Of a DNA stretch of 64,000 nt, positions 30,743 to 39,601 are shown one piece after another. The DNA is from Candidatus Levyibacteriota bacterium (GTDB lineage: Bacteria; Patescibacteriota; Microgenomatia; Levybacterales; UBA12049). Below the pieces are notes generated by a model. The model was given only the letters and a program-made list of their open reading frames with translations. It made no database searches and was not told where the DNA came from. The stretch spans positions 274,915 to 338,914 of the forward strand of contig JACOXU010000001.1 of the NCBI GenBank assembly GCA_016182185.1. The letters run 5' to 3'. Made by a program: the position numbers and the translations under genes. Each line of letters begins with the position of its first letter. The stretch's first letter is position 1.

Positions 30743-33104
30743 TTTTTACTAAACGGGGAATTAGTATTAAAAACCCCGATAATGCAATTAGACTTATTAT
30801 ACTAACTTTTATACCTAAAACGAAGGAATCAGGTGTATAACTGAAGATAACAGTATGTTTCCCGGATGGCACAATAATTGCTCTGAAGGCATAATTTGCG
30901 CGATAAATTTTTGTCTCTTTTCCATCAACAAATGCTTTCCATGAGGGATAAAAAACATCCGAGATAAATAATAGCTGTTTTCTTTCAGTCTTTGAGTTAA
31001 GTATAACCTTATTGGGGTTGTAAGAAATGAGTCCTACTTGCCCAGAAGATCCCTGATCAATATTTTCTGCAAGATTTTCCTCGAGTAAAATTGTCCTTCG
31101 AGGATCAAAATTTTCTGAAAAGAAATTGTTTTCGAATTCCTGATCAGTTTTAAAAACTTTATAATTTGACGCCAGGAATACCCGGGGCAGAGCTTTTTGA
31201 TTTTCTAAAACTAGCCAATTGTTAGTTTCATGAATCAGCTTGAATCTTTCTTTGGGAAATGTGATTTCCGTACTCCCATTTTCTACCCTATCAAGAATAT
31301 ATTTAATACCGAGAATATCTAAAATTCTTAATCTGTAAATATTTGACGGCAGATCTTTTTCTCCAAAACCAGGAGCAATTATTGCATCAGAACGATTTTC
31401 ATTTATAAAAACTTTTTTAATTTTTCCGTTTTTTGAACTTTGAATAAATTCACCATATCTTTTGGGATAAATGGGGTCATATCCGTCTGGGGAGAAAAAC
31501 TCAAACTGCGTTGCAAAATTCGCTTCAATTGCCGCTCCCCCATATCCCCAAACTCTGTCTATTCCTGCTGTTTTTTTTAGATAATCTATTATAGAGGCTT
31601 GAGGGAAAACCAAGTTTTTGGGAACAAAAGGATTAAATTTTTGAAAAAAATAAAAAAGGTCAAAAACTGTAACGATAACAAAAATCAGAGCAATAAACTT
31701 GCGGTTTAATTTGAATATCTTAGCAATTAAAATAAGGAGTATAAATGTTCCGAGAATTAAACTTGAATAAATAAAATTCTTTGTGCTAGTTTGGGAATGA
31801 ATTGCCAAAATATATATCCATAAAAATAAAAATAAAAGTCCAATGAAAGTAGCTACTCTATATAATTTACCTTCATTTTTAATAAACCTTTCTATTCCAA
31901 AACCTGCCAAGATACTCAAGGAAAATGAAAGCAGAAATAAAGCATTCGTCGGAGATCCAGTTGAAAAAAATGGAATATTAACTGAATAAAGTAATTCTGT
32001 TAAAAAAGATCTTGTTAGAAAGACCAATAACACAATAAAAGCTATTAAAAAAAATTTAATCTGGTACTTTTTTTTAAAATCAAAGAGGGAGAAAATAGCA
32101 AAGATTAAAGGAATTAAACCAACATACATCGCATTTCCGGGATACGAATCTGATAAAAGATAATTTTGAGAAGCTGGATTACCGAAAAAATCCGGGGACA
32201 CAAAAAGAATTAGTTGATTGAACTGAATAAGTAAATTTTCTAGTAAAAATTTGTAATCTTGACTCGTACGCGCTGACAGATTTATCAGTTCTATTGTTGG
32301 AAAAAGCTGAAAGGAAGAAATTCCCCAAAAAAGAATAATTAAAGAAAAAAAGACTGCTAAAAGTATATTTCTTCTATTATTTTTAAAGTCGTTATAAATA
32401 ATTCTTGTTGTTGCGTAAATTACAATAAATATTAATGAGAAAACGAAAATTTGAATATGTCCTGCTAAAAATGAGAACAAAAGTGAGACAATAAAAAAAA
32501 TAATATTCCAAGAATTTATTTTTTTTATTAGACGTTCAACAAAATACAGGCTTAAGGGCAGCCATAGAATTACATGCCCGATCGTATTGTATTGACTAAA
32601 GACAGTCATAAATAATGAATAAGGAAAAATGATGGCCGAAAAAATTGAACCATATTTTCCCATCTTTATTTCTCTTGCAAAAAGATAACTAAAAATTCCA
32701 GCAAGAAGCGGTTGAAGCATCACCAACAGGCTCCAGGCAGTCACTTGTGAAAAAAAGAAATATAATATAGTAAATGGATAGAATACTGCAGACTGAGAGT
32801 TAGCAAGAATAGGAGAGCCTGAAAAATTATATGGATTCCAAAAAGGAATTTCTCCTTTTTTTAAACTATCGATGGAAAGAGTCCTCCAGGGATAAATTTG
32901 CTTAAGCGTATCAAAATACTGAGCCTTATCAGGATATGTTCCTGGATTATAACCAAGATATGAATATGTCTTCCAGGGAGAATAATGAGTTATTAAATTA
33001 TCTGCGGGAAAAGGAATAAGTCCATTTAAAAAGGATTTATAGAAAAAAAATATTAGTATAAAAAGAAAAATACCGATTGCAAAAATAAATTCTCTAATTT
33101 TCAT
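30735..33104 (-). CDS. YfhO-family GT-C membrane protein
   Basis: 789 aa; PFWNPYNFSGSPILANSQSA, PDFFGNP, DGYDP, IYRANYAFRA. Confidence 0.85.
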   Translation of the reverse strand: MKIREFIFAIGIFLFILIFFFYKSFLNGLIPFPADNLITHYSPWKTYSYLGYNPGTYPDKAQYFDTLKQIYPWRTLSIDSLKKGEIPFWNPYNFSGSPILANSQSAVFYPFTILYFFFSQVTAWSLLVMLQPLLAGIFSYLFAREIKMGKYGSIFSAIIFPYSLFMTVFSQYNTIGHVILWLPLSLYFVERLIKKINSWNIIFFIVSLLFSFLAGHIQIFVFSLIFIVIYATTRIIYNDFKNNRRNILLAVFFSLIILFWGISSFQLFPTIELINLSARTSQDYKFLLENLLIQFNQLILFVSPDFFGNPASQNYLLSDSYPGNAMYVGLIPLIFAIFSLFDFKKKYQIKFFLIAFIVLLVFLTRSFLTELLYSVNIPFFSTGSPTNALFLLSFSLSILAGFGIERFIKNEGKLYRVATFIGLLFLFLWIYILAIHSQTSTKNFIYSSLILGTFILLILIAKIFKLNRKFIALIFVIVTVFDLFYFFQKFNPFVPKNLVFPQASIIDYLKKTAGIDRVWGYGGAAIEANFATQFEFFSPDGYDPIYPKRYGEFIQSSKNGKIKKVFINENRSDAIIAPGFGEKDLPSNIYRLRILDILGIKYILDRVENGSTEITFPKERFKLIHETNNWLVLENQKALPRVFLASNYKVFKTDQEFENNFFSENFDPRRTILLEENLAENIDQGSSGQVGLISYNPNKVILNSKTERKQLLFISDVFYPSWKAFVDGKETKIYRANYAFRAIIVPSGKHTVIFSYTPDSFVLGIKVSIISLIALSGFLILIPRLVKNE

Positions 33105-33107
33105 ATA

Positions 33108-34766
33108 TTAACTTCTATATTTCCGAAGTATTTTTTTGAAATTATTAGACGCTACTCCGATAAGAATGATTGCTATAAACGAAAAGAGGCTTAATAAATT
33201 CGCGAATAATCGCAACCTAGTCTCAGTAAAAATAACTTTTATATTATGTTCTCCTTTTGGAACTTTAAATTCTATCTCTCCTCTATAATTTATGTCTTGA
33301 AATTCTATCTCAACAGGCTTTTCATCAACATAAGCCCTCCATCCCGGAAAATATTGAGTATGATCAACTAGAGTCGTATTTGATTTAGCATCTACTTCAA
33401 ATATATGCAAGTTTGATTTCTTAGAAAAACCTTTTATTACTGCACTACCGTCAATAACTTCTACTCTTTGCTTGGGATACGACTTCGCCGGACCAGCCGA
33501 CCAAATAACATCAGCCTCTCCATAATAAGTAGTATTAAGAGGGAAATTCCAGTAATATTTCTCATCAATTTGATCGTATCCCTCCTTAGTCTGCCAAAAG
33601 GGAATACTTAAGGCAATTATTATAAAAATCAATGATAAATATATCCATTTTTTTTTAAAAAAACTAAAGGATAGAAAACTTGAAGCCGCAAAAGATGTAG
33701 AAAAAACTATACCAGACAAAAATCTCCATGGAAATTGAAATTGTCGAAGTAATGAAATTTTTCTCCAGACAATATTTGAAATGGGGCTCATAAACAATAA
33801 AGAAATCCCGAATATAAAAAGAGAGAAAATAAGTATTTTTTTTATTGTCGGATCTATTTTTCTTCTAATAATTATAAATATCGAAAAAATAACCGTTAAA
33901 ACATGAGGAATTCCAATTTGAACTGGCACATTTCCAGTCCAGAACATTGGGCTATTAATGATATTGGGAGTAAAAAGATTTTTAAAAGAGGGAAAATTAT
34001 TAAGATACACATCTTTCATAAATAAATCTCCATAGGTATACTTATGTTCCAAAATTGCAGGCAGGGAGTAAAAAGCAGACGAAGAAATTCCAAGAGAAAC
34101 AGCAATAAATGCCCAAATTAAATCTTTTTTTCTTTTGGCAAAAAATAAAATGTAGCCAACCGAAATTACAAAAAATATCAAGCTTATCGAATTATGAGAA
34201 ATAATAAGAAGAAAAGTTGCCAAAGAAGTGATGACCAAACCTCTTCTGTAAAATTTTTTAAAGATAAGCGTAATTCCGTACAAAACAAGAGGTAAAAAAG
34301 CATAAGTATATGTCTCTCCAAATGCTCCACGAGTTGTTATCTCAACGATTCTAAAGGTTGCAAACTGATAAAAAATAGTAACCAAAAAAGCTCTCTTGAG
34401 ATCCTCAAAAAACTCTTTTGCGAACATAAACATAAAAAGCCCCGAAAGAATATAGCTTAATGATATTGTTAGCTTAAAGGTGCCCACAAGCCCGAAGCCT
34501 AAAAATAGAAAAATTGATGAAAGTAAATAAGGTAGCGGATAAATAAAATTAAAAAGAGGCATGCCATATCCGTAATTCAAATCCCCTGCAAATCGTACTG
34601 GAAACTGACCATCTTGTAGTGCTTTAAAATATGCCGCGATTCGAGGCAAATGCACCAATCCATCATGAGTATGAACTAATTTATCCGTCAGAAAAATGTT
34701 TATTAGAGGAAGGATTGATAATATTGTGATTAATAAAAAGGGGACTGCGGTATTTCGGAATTTCAT
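33108..34766 (-). CDS. GT-C membrane protein, 'PTPS-related' family
   Basis: 552 aa; THDG..HLPRI, GQFPVRFAGDLNYGYG, QFQFPWRF; most similar by eye to 6328..7965. Confidence 0.8.
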   Translation of the reverse strand: MKFRNTAVPFLLITILSILPLINIFLTDKLVHTHDGLVHLPRIAAYFKALQDGQFPVRFAGDLNYGYGMPLFNFIYPLPYLLSSIFLFLGFGLVGTFKLTISLSYILSGLFMFMFAKEFFEDLKRAFLVTIFYQFATFRIVEITTRGAFGETYTYAFLPLVLYGITLIFKKFYRRGLVITSLATFLLIISHNSISLIFFVISVGYILFFAKRKKDLIWAFIAVSLGISSSAFYSLPAILEHKYTYGDLFMKDVYLNNFPSFKNLFTPNIINSPMFWTGNVPVQIGIPHVLTVIFSIFIIIRRKIDPTIKKILIFSLFIFGISLLFMSPISNIVWRKISLLRQFQFPWRFLSGIVFSTSFAASSFLSFSFFKKKWIYLSLIFIIIALSIPFWQTKEGYDQIDEKYYWNFPLNTTYYGEADVIWSAGPAKSYPKQRVEVIDGSAVIKGFSKKSNLHIFEVDAKSNTTLVDHTQYFPGWRAYVDEKPVEIEFQDINYRGEIEFKVPKGEHNIKVIFTETRLRLFANLLSLFSFIAIILIGVASNNFKKILRKYRS

Positions 34767-34780
34767 ATTCTGTCATGAGC

Positions 34781-36298
34781 TCAAATTTCTACTCTATAAA
34801 GTCTCGTGTAAGAATCTCCAACGCCCTTTTTATACTCAAGAATCAATTTAAGCGGCCAATCTTTCGAAGCATCTTCAAATTCATGCTGGTTTGATATCAA
34901 TACATACACTGGTATAGTTTTGGCTCTTTCAATTAGATCTTCAGGAATTTTTGAAGGTACAGGAAAAATTCCACGCTTACCAACATTTTTATTATCACCG
35001 AAATATATTTCAATTGAATAAGTTGGGAGAGATCCGAAGGTTCCCAGTGAAGCCACGTAGATTTTGCCCTTTTTGACTTCTTTATCAAGATAACTAACAA
35101 CCTCTTTTATACCTCCGCCTGCCGGCCAGTCATTAATATACTGACCAAGGTCTGCCTTTGGAATTGGAGCATTAGCAAAATCAGTAAGAATAAAATAATC
35201 ACTACGTATGGCTGCAAAAGAAAATAAAAACAGTAGCACATAAAATATATATTTGTTGTTTAACCTATTGAAGATTTCATAGGTTAAAAAGGCAATAAGA
35301 GGAAGTAAGGACAACGTCATGAAGAAAATAAATCTCGGATAAAGAACTCTCCCAAATAGTGCGAGCGCAACAAAGGGAATAATAAACCAAAGAAAAAGAA
35401 GGATTTTTTCCTTTGTAAATTTTAGGGAAATAAAGAAAGACAATACGATAAGAATAAGAAATGGCCAGGTCATGTAATTAATAAACCAATCAAAAATACC
35501 CTTTATATTTCCAATAAGATAAGTAAAAGGGTGACCCAGCCAATCTCGAAGTGGATAAACAAAAATTGAATTTTTTTCTGCTATAACATGAAAAAGTGGT
35601 GAGAGACGTTGAATTGAATAATAGCCGTAAGAAGCTATAATGACTATAACCGCAAGCCCTATCCATTTTAGCAGTCTCTCCAAACGTCTTTTTTTCGACC
35701 AATCAAAAATTATCAATACAAATGGCGCAAGATAAATATTGAAAAATCCTGACGTCTTAGTAAGAACTCCTCCACCTATTACCATTCCCAGAATAAGAGC
35801 TACATCAAGTCTTGGTTTTTTTACAAGAAGTATCCAAAGATACAAACTCCAAACAGCAAATGCACCTACTAAACTGTCGTAAAGAGCCATGCGATCATAA
35901 ACCAAGGCAAAAGGATAAATTATATAAAGCCCCGCGGACAAAATTCCAATCCATCGATTTTTAAAAATTTCTTTTCCCAAAAGAAAGAGCCCGATCATTG
36001 TAAAAAAACCTGCAACTGTAGAAACCATTCTTCCAGACAATAAGGGATCTTGAATAAAACGCATTAAAATCATATCGAACCAAACAAATAGAGGTTGCTT
36101 TCCATCACTTAGTGAAATAAATCTCCAGTTTGCATCATATCGGGCTATTTGAGACCAGCGGGTATAGATCGCCTCATCTGTAAAAATCGGGAGCGACATT
36201 ATATTGTAAAGTCTGAGGAAAAAATAAGAAACGACTCCTAGAAAAGAGGCAATTATCTCTGTCTGGAATTTTTTGATATCTTTAAAAAAAACTTTCAC
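34781..36298 (-). CDS. PMT/ArnT-like GT-C membrane glycosyltransferase
   Basis: 505 aa, GTG start; FTDEAIY, DGKQP, YDRMALYDS. Confidence 0.82.
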   Translation of the reverse strand: MKVFFKDIKKFQTEIIASFLGVVSYFFLRLYNIMSLPIFTDEAIYTRWSQIARYDANWRFISLSDGKQPLFVWFDMILMRFIQDPLLSGRMVSTVAGFFTMIGLFLLGKEIFKNRWIGILSAGLYIIYPFALVYDRMALYDSLVGAFAVWSLYLWILLVKKPRLDVALILGMVIGGGVLTKTSGFFNIYLAPFVLIIFDWSKKRRLERLLKWIGLAVIVIIASYGYYSIQRLSPLFHVIAEKNSIFVYPLRDWLGHPFTYLIGNIKGIFDWFINYMTWPFLILIVLSFFISLKFTKEKILLFLWFIIPFVALALFGRVLYPRFIFFMTLSLLPLIAFLTYEIFNRLNNKYIFYVLLFLFSFAAIRSDYFILTDFANAPIPKADLGQYINDWPAGGGIKEVVSYLDKEVKKGKIYVASLGTFGSLPTYSIEIYFGDNKNVGKRGIFPVPSKIPEDLIERAKTIPVYVLISNQHEFEDASKDWPLKLILEYKKGVGDSYTRLYRVEI

Positions 36299-36313
36299 AA
36301 ACTAATTCTATCA

Positions 36314-37519
36314 TTATTTTTTAGCTCTTACTATATTATTTAAAGCATATACTGCTCCTGTTAATGCCAGTGATAATATTATCCCAGCTGAGGTAAGCCA
36401 AAACAATATTTGAGGAACAGGATAATTCCAGTCGCCTTTTAATAAAAATGGGATATATTGTGAAAGCGAGAAAAAAGACATAGTCAAAACAGGAATTAAA
36501 ATATAATATTTTTTGCTTGTTAGACTTACAAAAGGAATTACCAGAAGTAAATACCACGGTTGAAAATTCGTTCTGATAGATACAACAACTACCGCCCCTA
36601 CCATCATAACAGTAATTAAATTTATCAAAAACACGAAATTAATTTGTCGTTTTTTGTAGAAAAAGTAACTTGCTAAATAAACTGGGAATATTAAACCGGT
36701 GGCAAATTTAATTCCTGCCGATAATCCAAGTCCGATCCATGAAAAAATATTTTTTTTATTCAAAAAAAGAAATAGGGAAAAAATTGCAAAAAACATCATG
36801 AGAATATCGTTATGAGAGGAGACTAATCCTTCAATAATTATCAATGGGTTAAATGCGAAAAAAGCAAGTCCAAAAAGACTTTCCTTTGGAGAAACCTTAA
36901 TTAAAATCTTTTCAATAAAATAGGCTGTTCCTAAATAACCTAGGCTCATTAAAAATTTAAAAAGAAAAAAAGTGGGAAGAAAAAAATTGAGTCCGATGAA
37001 TGAAAGTGGAATCGTCAATACCAACCAGAAGGGGCCATATGGATAAAATCTGTGAGTCCAATGCATAAATGAAAGCATGGGGTCATTGGGAAAATCCAAT
37101 GCTTTGTGGGTATATGGATTTTGCTGGTAATAAGTTACGATCTTTGCATCAAAAATATAGTTGAATAAATCATGAGAAAACGCATTGTAAGAAAAGGATA
37201 GAATTATACCTGTAGCAATAATTAAAATCCACAACTGCTGCCTTTTGAATCTATGACTATTAATAAATATCAAATGTAATCCATAGAAAACAAACAACAA
37301 AAATATTATTAAACTGTAAAATCCCGTAGATAATGGACGGTTGAAATATCCAATTTGCTGAAAAAATTTTTGTACTACCTGCCAATATGACCATTGAGAC
37401 AAGGTAAGACTTAAATCGACTTGGGTAAAAGAGTAAAGGAATAATCCGACAATGGTTAATAAATATCCAATGCTAATAAATTTTAAATTTGAAATTTGAA
37501 ATTTGAAATTGGACATCAT
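36314..37519 (-). CDS. GT-C glycosyltransferase (MptA/GT87-like polyprenol-P-sugar transferase)
   Basis: 401 aa; SHDLFNY, NPY, YPYGP.W, FNPL..E...SHND, QPWY. Confidence 0.78.
   Translation of the reverse strand: MMSNFKFQISNLKFISIGYLLTIVGLFLYSFTQVDLSLTLSQWSYWQVVQKFFQQIGYFNRPLSTGFYSLIIFLLFVFYGLHLIFINSHRFKRQQLWILIIATGIILSFSYNAFSHDLFNYIFDAKIVTYYQQNPYTHKALDFPNDPMLSFMHWTHRFYPYGPFWLVLTIPLSFIGLNFFLPTFFLFKFLMSLGYLGTAYFIEKILIKVSPKESLFGLAFFAFNPLIIIEGLVSSHNDILMMFFAIFSLFLFLNKKNIFSWIGLGLSAGIKFATGLIFPVYLASYFFYKKRQINFVFLINLITVMMVGAVVVVSIRTNFQPWYLLLVIPFVSLTSKKYYILIPVLTMSFFSLSQYIPFLLKGDWNYPVPQILFWLTSAGIILSLALTGAVYALNNIVRAKK
37478..37512. repeat. Heptamer tandem array (AAATTTG)x5 at CDS N-terminus
   Basis: AAATTTT AAATTTG AAATTTG AAATTTG AAATTGG; encodes SNFKFQISNLKF. 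Confidence 0.88.
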
Positions 37520-38274
37520 TATCTGTAAGTTCCTTTTATTGAATTTATTTTTATTTTAATAAGATCAAAAAATCCATCTATTGAATCCCTGAGAGGGCTG
37601 ACTCTTCTTGTTTCAACATAAAGCCAATTTACGGGAACTTCCTTTATCTTATATTTCATTTTCTGGGCAAGAAATAAAAGTTCTACATCAAAACCGGCAG
37701 AAACTTTTGATCCGGAAACTTCAGAAAATCCTTTGTTAATTCTATTTATCTTTTCAAAAAGTTTTTTTGCAACATCATGACGGAATGCCTTAAATCCGCA
37801 CTGAGTATCAGAAATGCCTTTTATTCCTACTATTATACTTCGCAATAACATCATTCCTCTTGCCATCACAAGTCTTGTCCAAGGGGCTCCCTTTCTTTTT
37901 GAATTTCGAGATCCAATAACAATATCAAAACCCTTATCTAAATACGGCATGATTTTGTCAATTTCCTCAATTGGTGTTGCTTGATCCATATCAGTAAAAA
38001 CGACGTATTCTCCTGAAGCTTCAAGTACTCCTTTTGTAACCGCTCCTGCCTTGCCGAGATGGTTATTCTTAATGATTCTAAACTCTGGATTATCTTTTAC
38101 AAACTTTTCCGCAAAATCCACACTTCCATCGGTTGATCCGTCATCTACAATGATAACTTCGAAGCTGTATTTTTGTTTTGTCAGAAAATGTAAAACTTTA
38201 TCCAAAACACCCTTTTGTAGATTGGCCATCTCGTTATAAGAAGGAATGACTACCGAGAGAAAAGGATTATTCAT
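37519..38274 (-). CDS. GT2, dolichyl/polyprenyl-phosphate glucosyltransferase-like (ALG5-like)
   Basis: LSVVIPSYNE, VDDGSTD, GKAGAV, TDMD.ATP, DTQCGFK, FDVELL. Start placed at 38274 because a TATAAT box overlaps the 38283 ATG. Confidence 0.85.
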   Translation of the reverse strand: MNNPFLSVVIPSYNEMANLQKGVLDKVLHFLTKQKYSFEVIIVDDGSTDGSVDFAEKFVKDNPEFRIIKNNHLGKAGAVTKGVLEASGEYVVFTDMDQATPIEEIDKIMPYLDKGFDIVIGSRNSKRKGAPWTRLVMARGMMLLRSIIVGIKGISDTQCGFKAFRHDVAKKLFEKINRINKGFSEVSGSKVSAGFDVELLFLAQKMKYKIKEVPVNWLYVETRRVSPLRDSIDGFFDLIKIKINSIKGTYR

Positions 38275-38379
38275 CCTATCCATTATACAAAACTACACTT
38301 TCTTTTAAAATAGAAGCTGAAAAAGATTATAGGCACGTTATCTTGTTTTTTGACTTAAAATATCCTATAATGTGTCACC
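38275..38379. promoter_or_regulatory. Divergent sigma70-type promoters
   Basis: Minus strand: TATAAT at 38287-38282, 7 nt before ATG 38274. Plus strand: TTGTTT 38343-38348, 17-nt spacer, TATAAT 38366-38371, 8 nt before GTG 38380. Confidence 0.6.
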
Positions 38380-39081
38380 GTGAGCAGAAGGTTGGAAGCC
38401 AGAGGGCAATCTGAAGACATCGTCCCAAAGGAAAGATGGGGGGTTTCTTTTTGCGTGGTTACAATTTCTGGAAAACCCGGTTCCGGAAACACTGCGCTTG
38501 GGCAAGGGCTTGGAGACAAATACGGAGTCGAAGTTAGCCATGTAGGAGAGGCGTATAGAAAAGGAATTGAAGAACATAATATTCCGGTTATAGACTACTC
38601 CAGAAGACCGGTAAAAACAGATGAGGAAATTGACGAGATGCAGGCTCAAGCTATTAGACGCGCGATAGAGATGACCGGTCATCCGATTATAAAAGAATCA
38701 AAACTCGCAGGAGTTATAGCCACAGAGGTTTTGGACAAAACCGATGCAGGACAAAAAGCCTTATCTCCTGTTGCCAGAATTTTAGTGGTGGCAGATGAAA
38801 ATGTGAGAGCAGAAAGGATTCAAAAAAGAGAAAGCGAAAAAAATCCAGGACTTGAGGTTACGCAGGAAGAGATTCAGGACAGAACAAAAAACCGTTGGAA
38901 AAGAGACCTTACAAGATACAGAATTATACATCCTCAACTGGCGGATATTGACCCTTGGGATCCGGAAAGCGCGGATAAATTTTATGATTTTGTAATTGAT
39001 ACGACCGATTTAACTCCTGAAGAGGCAGTTCAAAAAGTACATGAGTTTTTAGCAAGCCGCGGGATGGTTAACTTAACTTAA
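38380..39081 (+). CDS. Cytidylate kinase-like protein (archaeal-type CMK family) with atypical P-loop
   Basis: 233 aa; VTISGKPGSGNT, G..YR, DE.ID, ES.LAG, RA.RI..RE, YDFVIDTTDLT. Confidence 0.7.
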   Translation: MSRRLEARGQSEDIVPKERWGVSFCVVTISGKPGSGNTALGQGLGDKYGVEVSHVGEAYRKGIEEHNIPVIDYSRRPVKTDEEIDEMQAQAIRRAIEMTGHPIIKESKLAGVIATEVLDKTDAGQKALSPVARILVVADENVRAERIQKRESEKNPGLEVTQEEIQDRTKNRWKRDLTRYRIIHPQLADIDPWDPESADKFYDFVIDTTDLTPEEAVQKVHEFLASRGMVNLT

Positions 39082-39377
39082 AATCTTCCCCGCCCATTTT
39101 TACCAAAAGACGGATTTGTGCCTATCGAGATAAGATCATGCTCTATCTTTTCTCTCATGAAACGGGTGTGTTTATTACCACAAGAAAGTTTTTGCTCAAG
39201 CTCCCCTAAAACATCATAATCTAGTGTTTCTACTCCTCTGGTACCACATCCCGGCTTAAATTCACAATTATTCCCTCTGGCAACAAGTCTAAATGCAGTC
39301 CTGCCCGCATTGCCCGGACCAAAGTTTCTTCTCCATTCTTTAAAGTTATTGAATCCTCTTCCTTCAATCTTTGACAT
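39078..39377 (-). CDS. Hypothetical protein (99 aa)
   Basis: Start moved to ATG 39377 (MSKIEGRG) because the longer ORF overlaps tRNA-Glu; TATAAT lies 12 nt upstream. Confidence 0.55.
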   Translation of the reverse strand: MSKIEGRGFNNFKEWRRNFGPGNAGRTAFRLVARGNNCEFKPGCGTRGVETLDYDVLGELEQKLSCGNKHTRFMREKIEHDLISIGTNPSFGKNGRGRF

Positions 39378-39468
39378 ATTTAATCGAAAATTATATCCTA
39401 TAAACCAAAAATTATCAAGTTCAATTCCTTGTATTTTGAGGTCATTTTGAGTAAAATAAGAAGGCTGC

Positions 39469-39544
<76 letters not shown>

Positions 39545-39601
39545 AACAATCCTCCTCTTAATATTATTTGAAATTGAAGGTGGTTGTGCTATCATAATTT
39601 T

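Noticed and set aside
6328-34766. Pterin biosynthesis role for the 'PTPS-related' membrane proteins
   Set aside because: They are multi-TM proteins with GT-C-like first loops and YfhO-like C-termini; no T-fold PTPS motifs are present and the family name is misleading.
759-38239. Many short plus-strand and nested ORFs in the GT locus (e.g. 759..1076, 2247..2777, 14514..14819, 19515..19862, 23278..23592)
   Set aside because: They are antisense or out-of-frame shadows of long, motif-bearing genes and have no recognisable motifs. Only 18413..18664 was kept.
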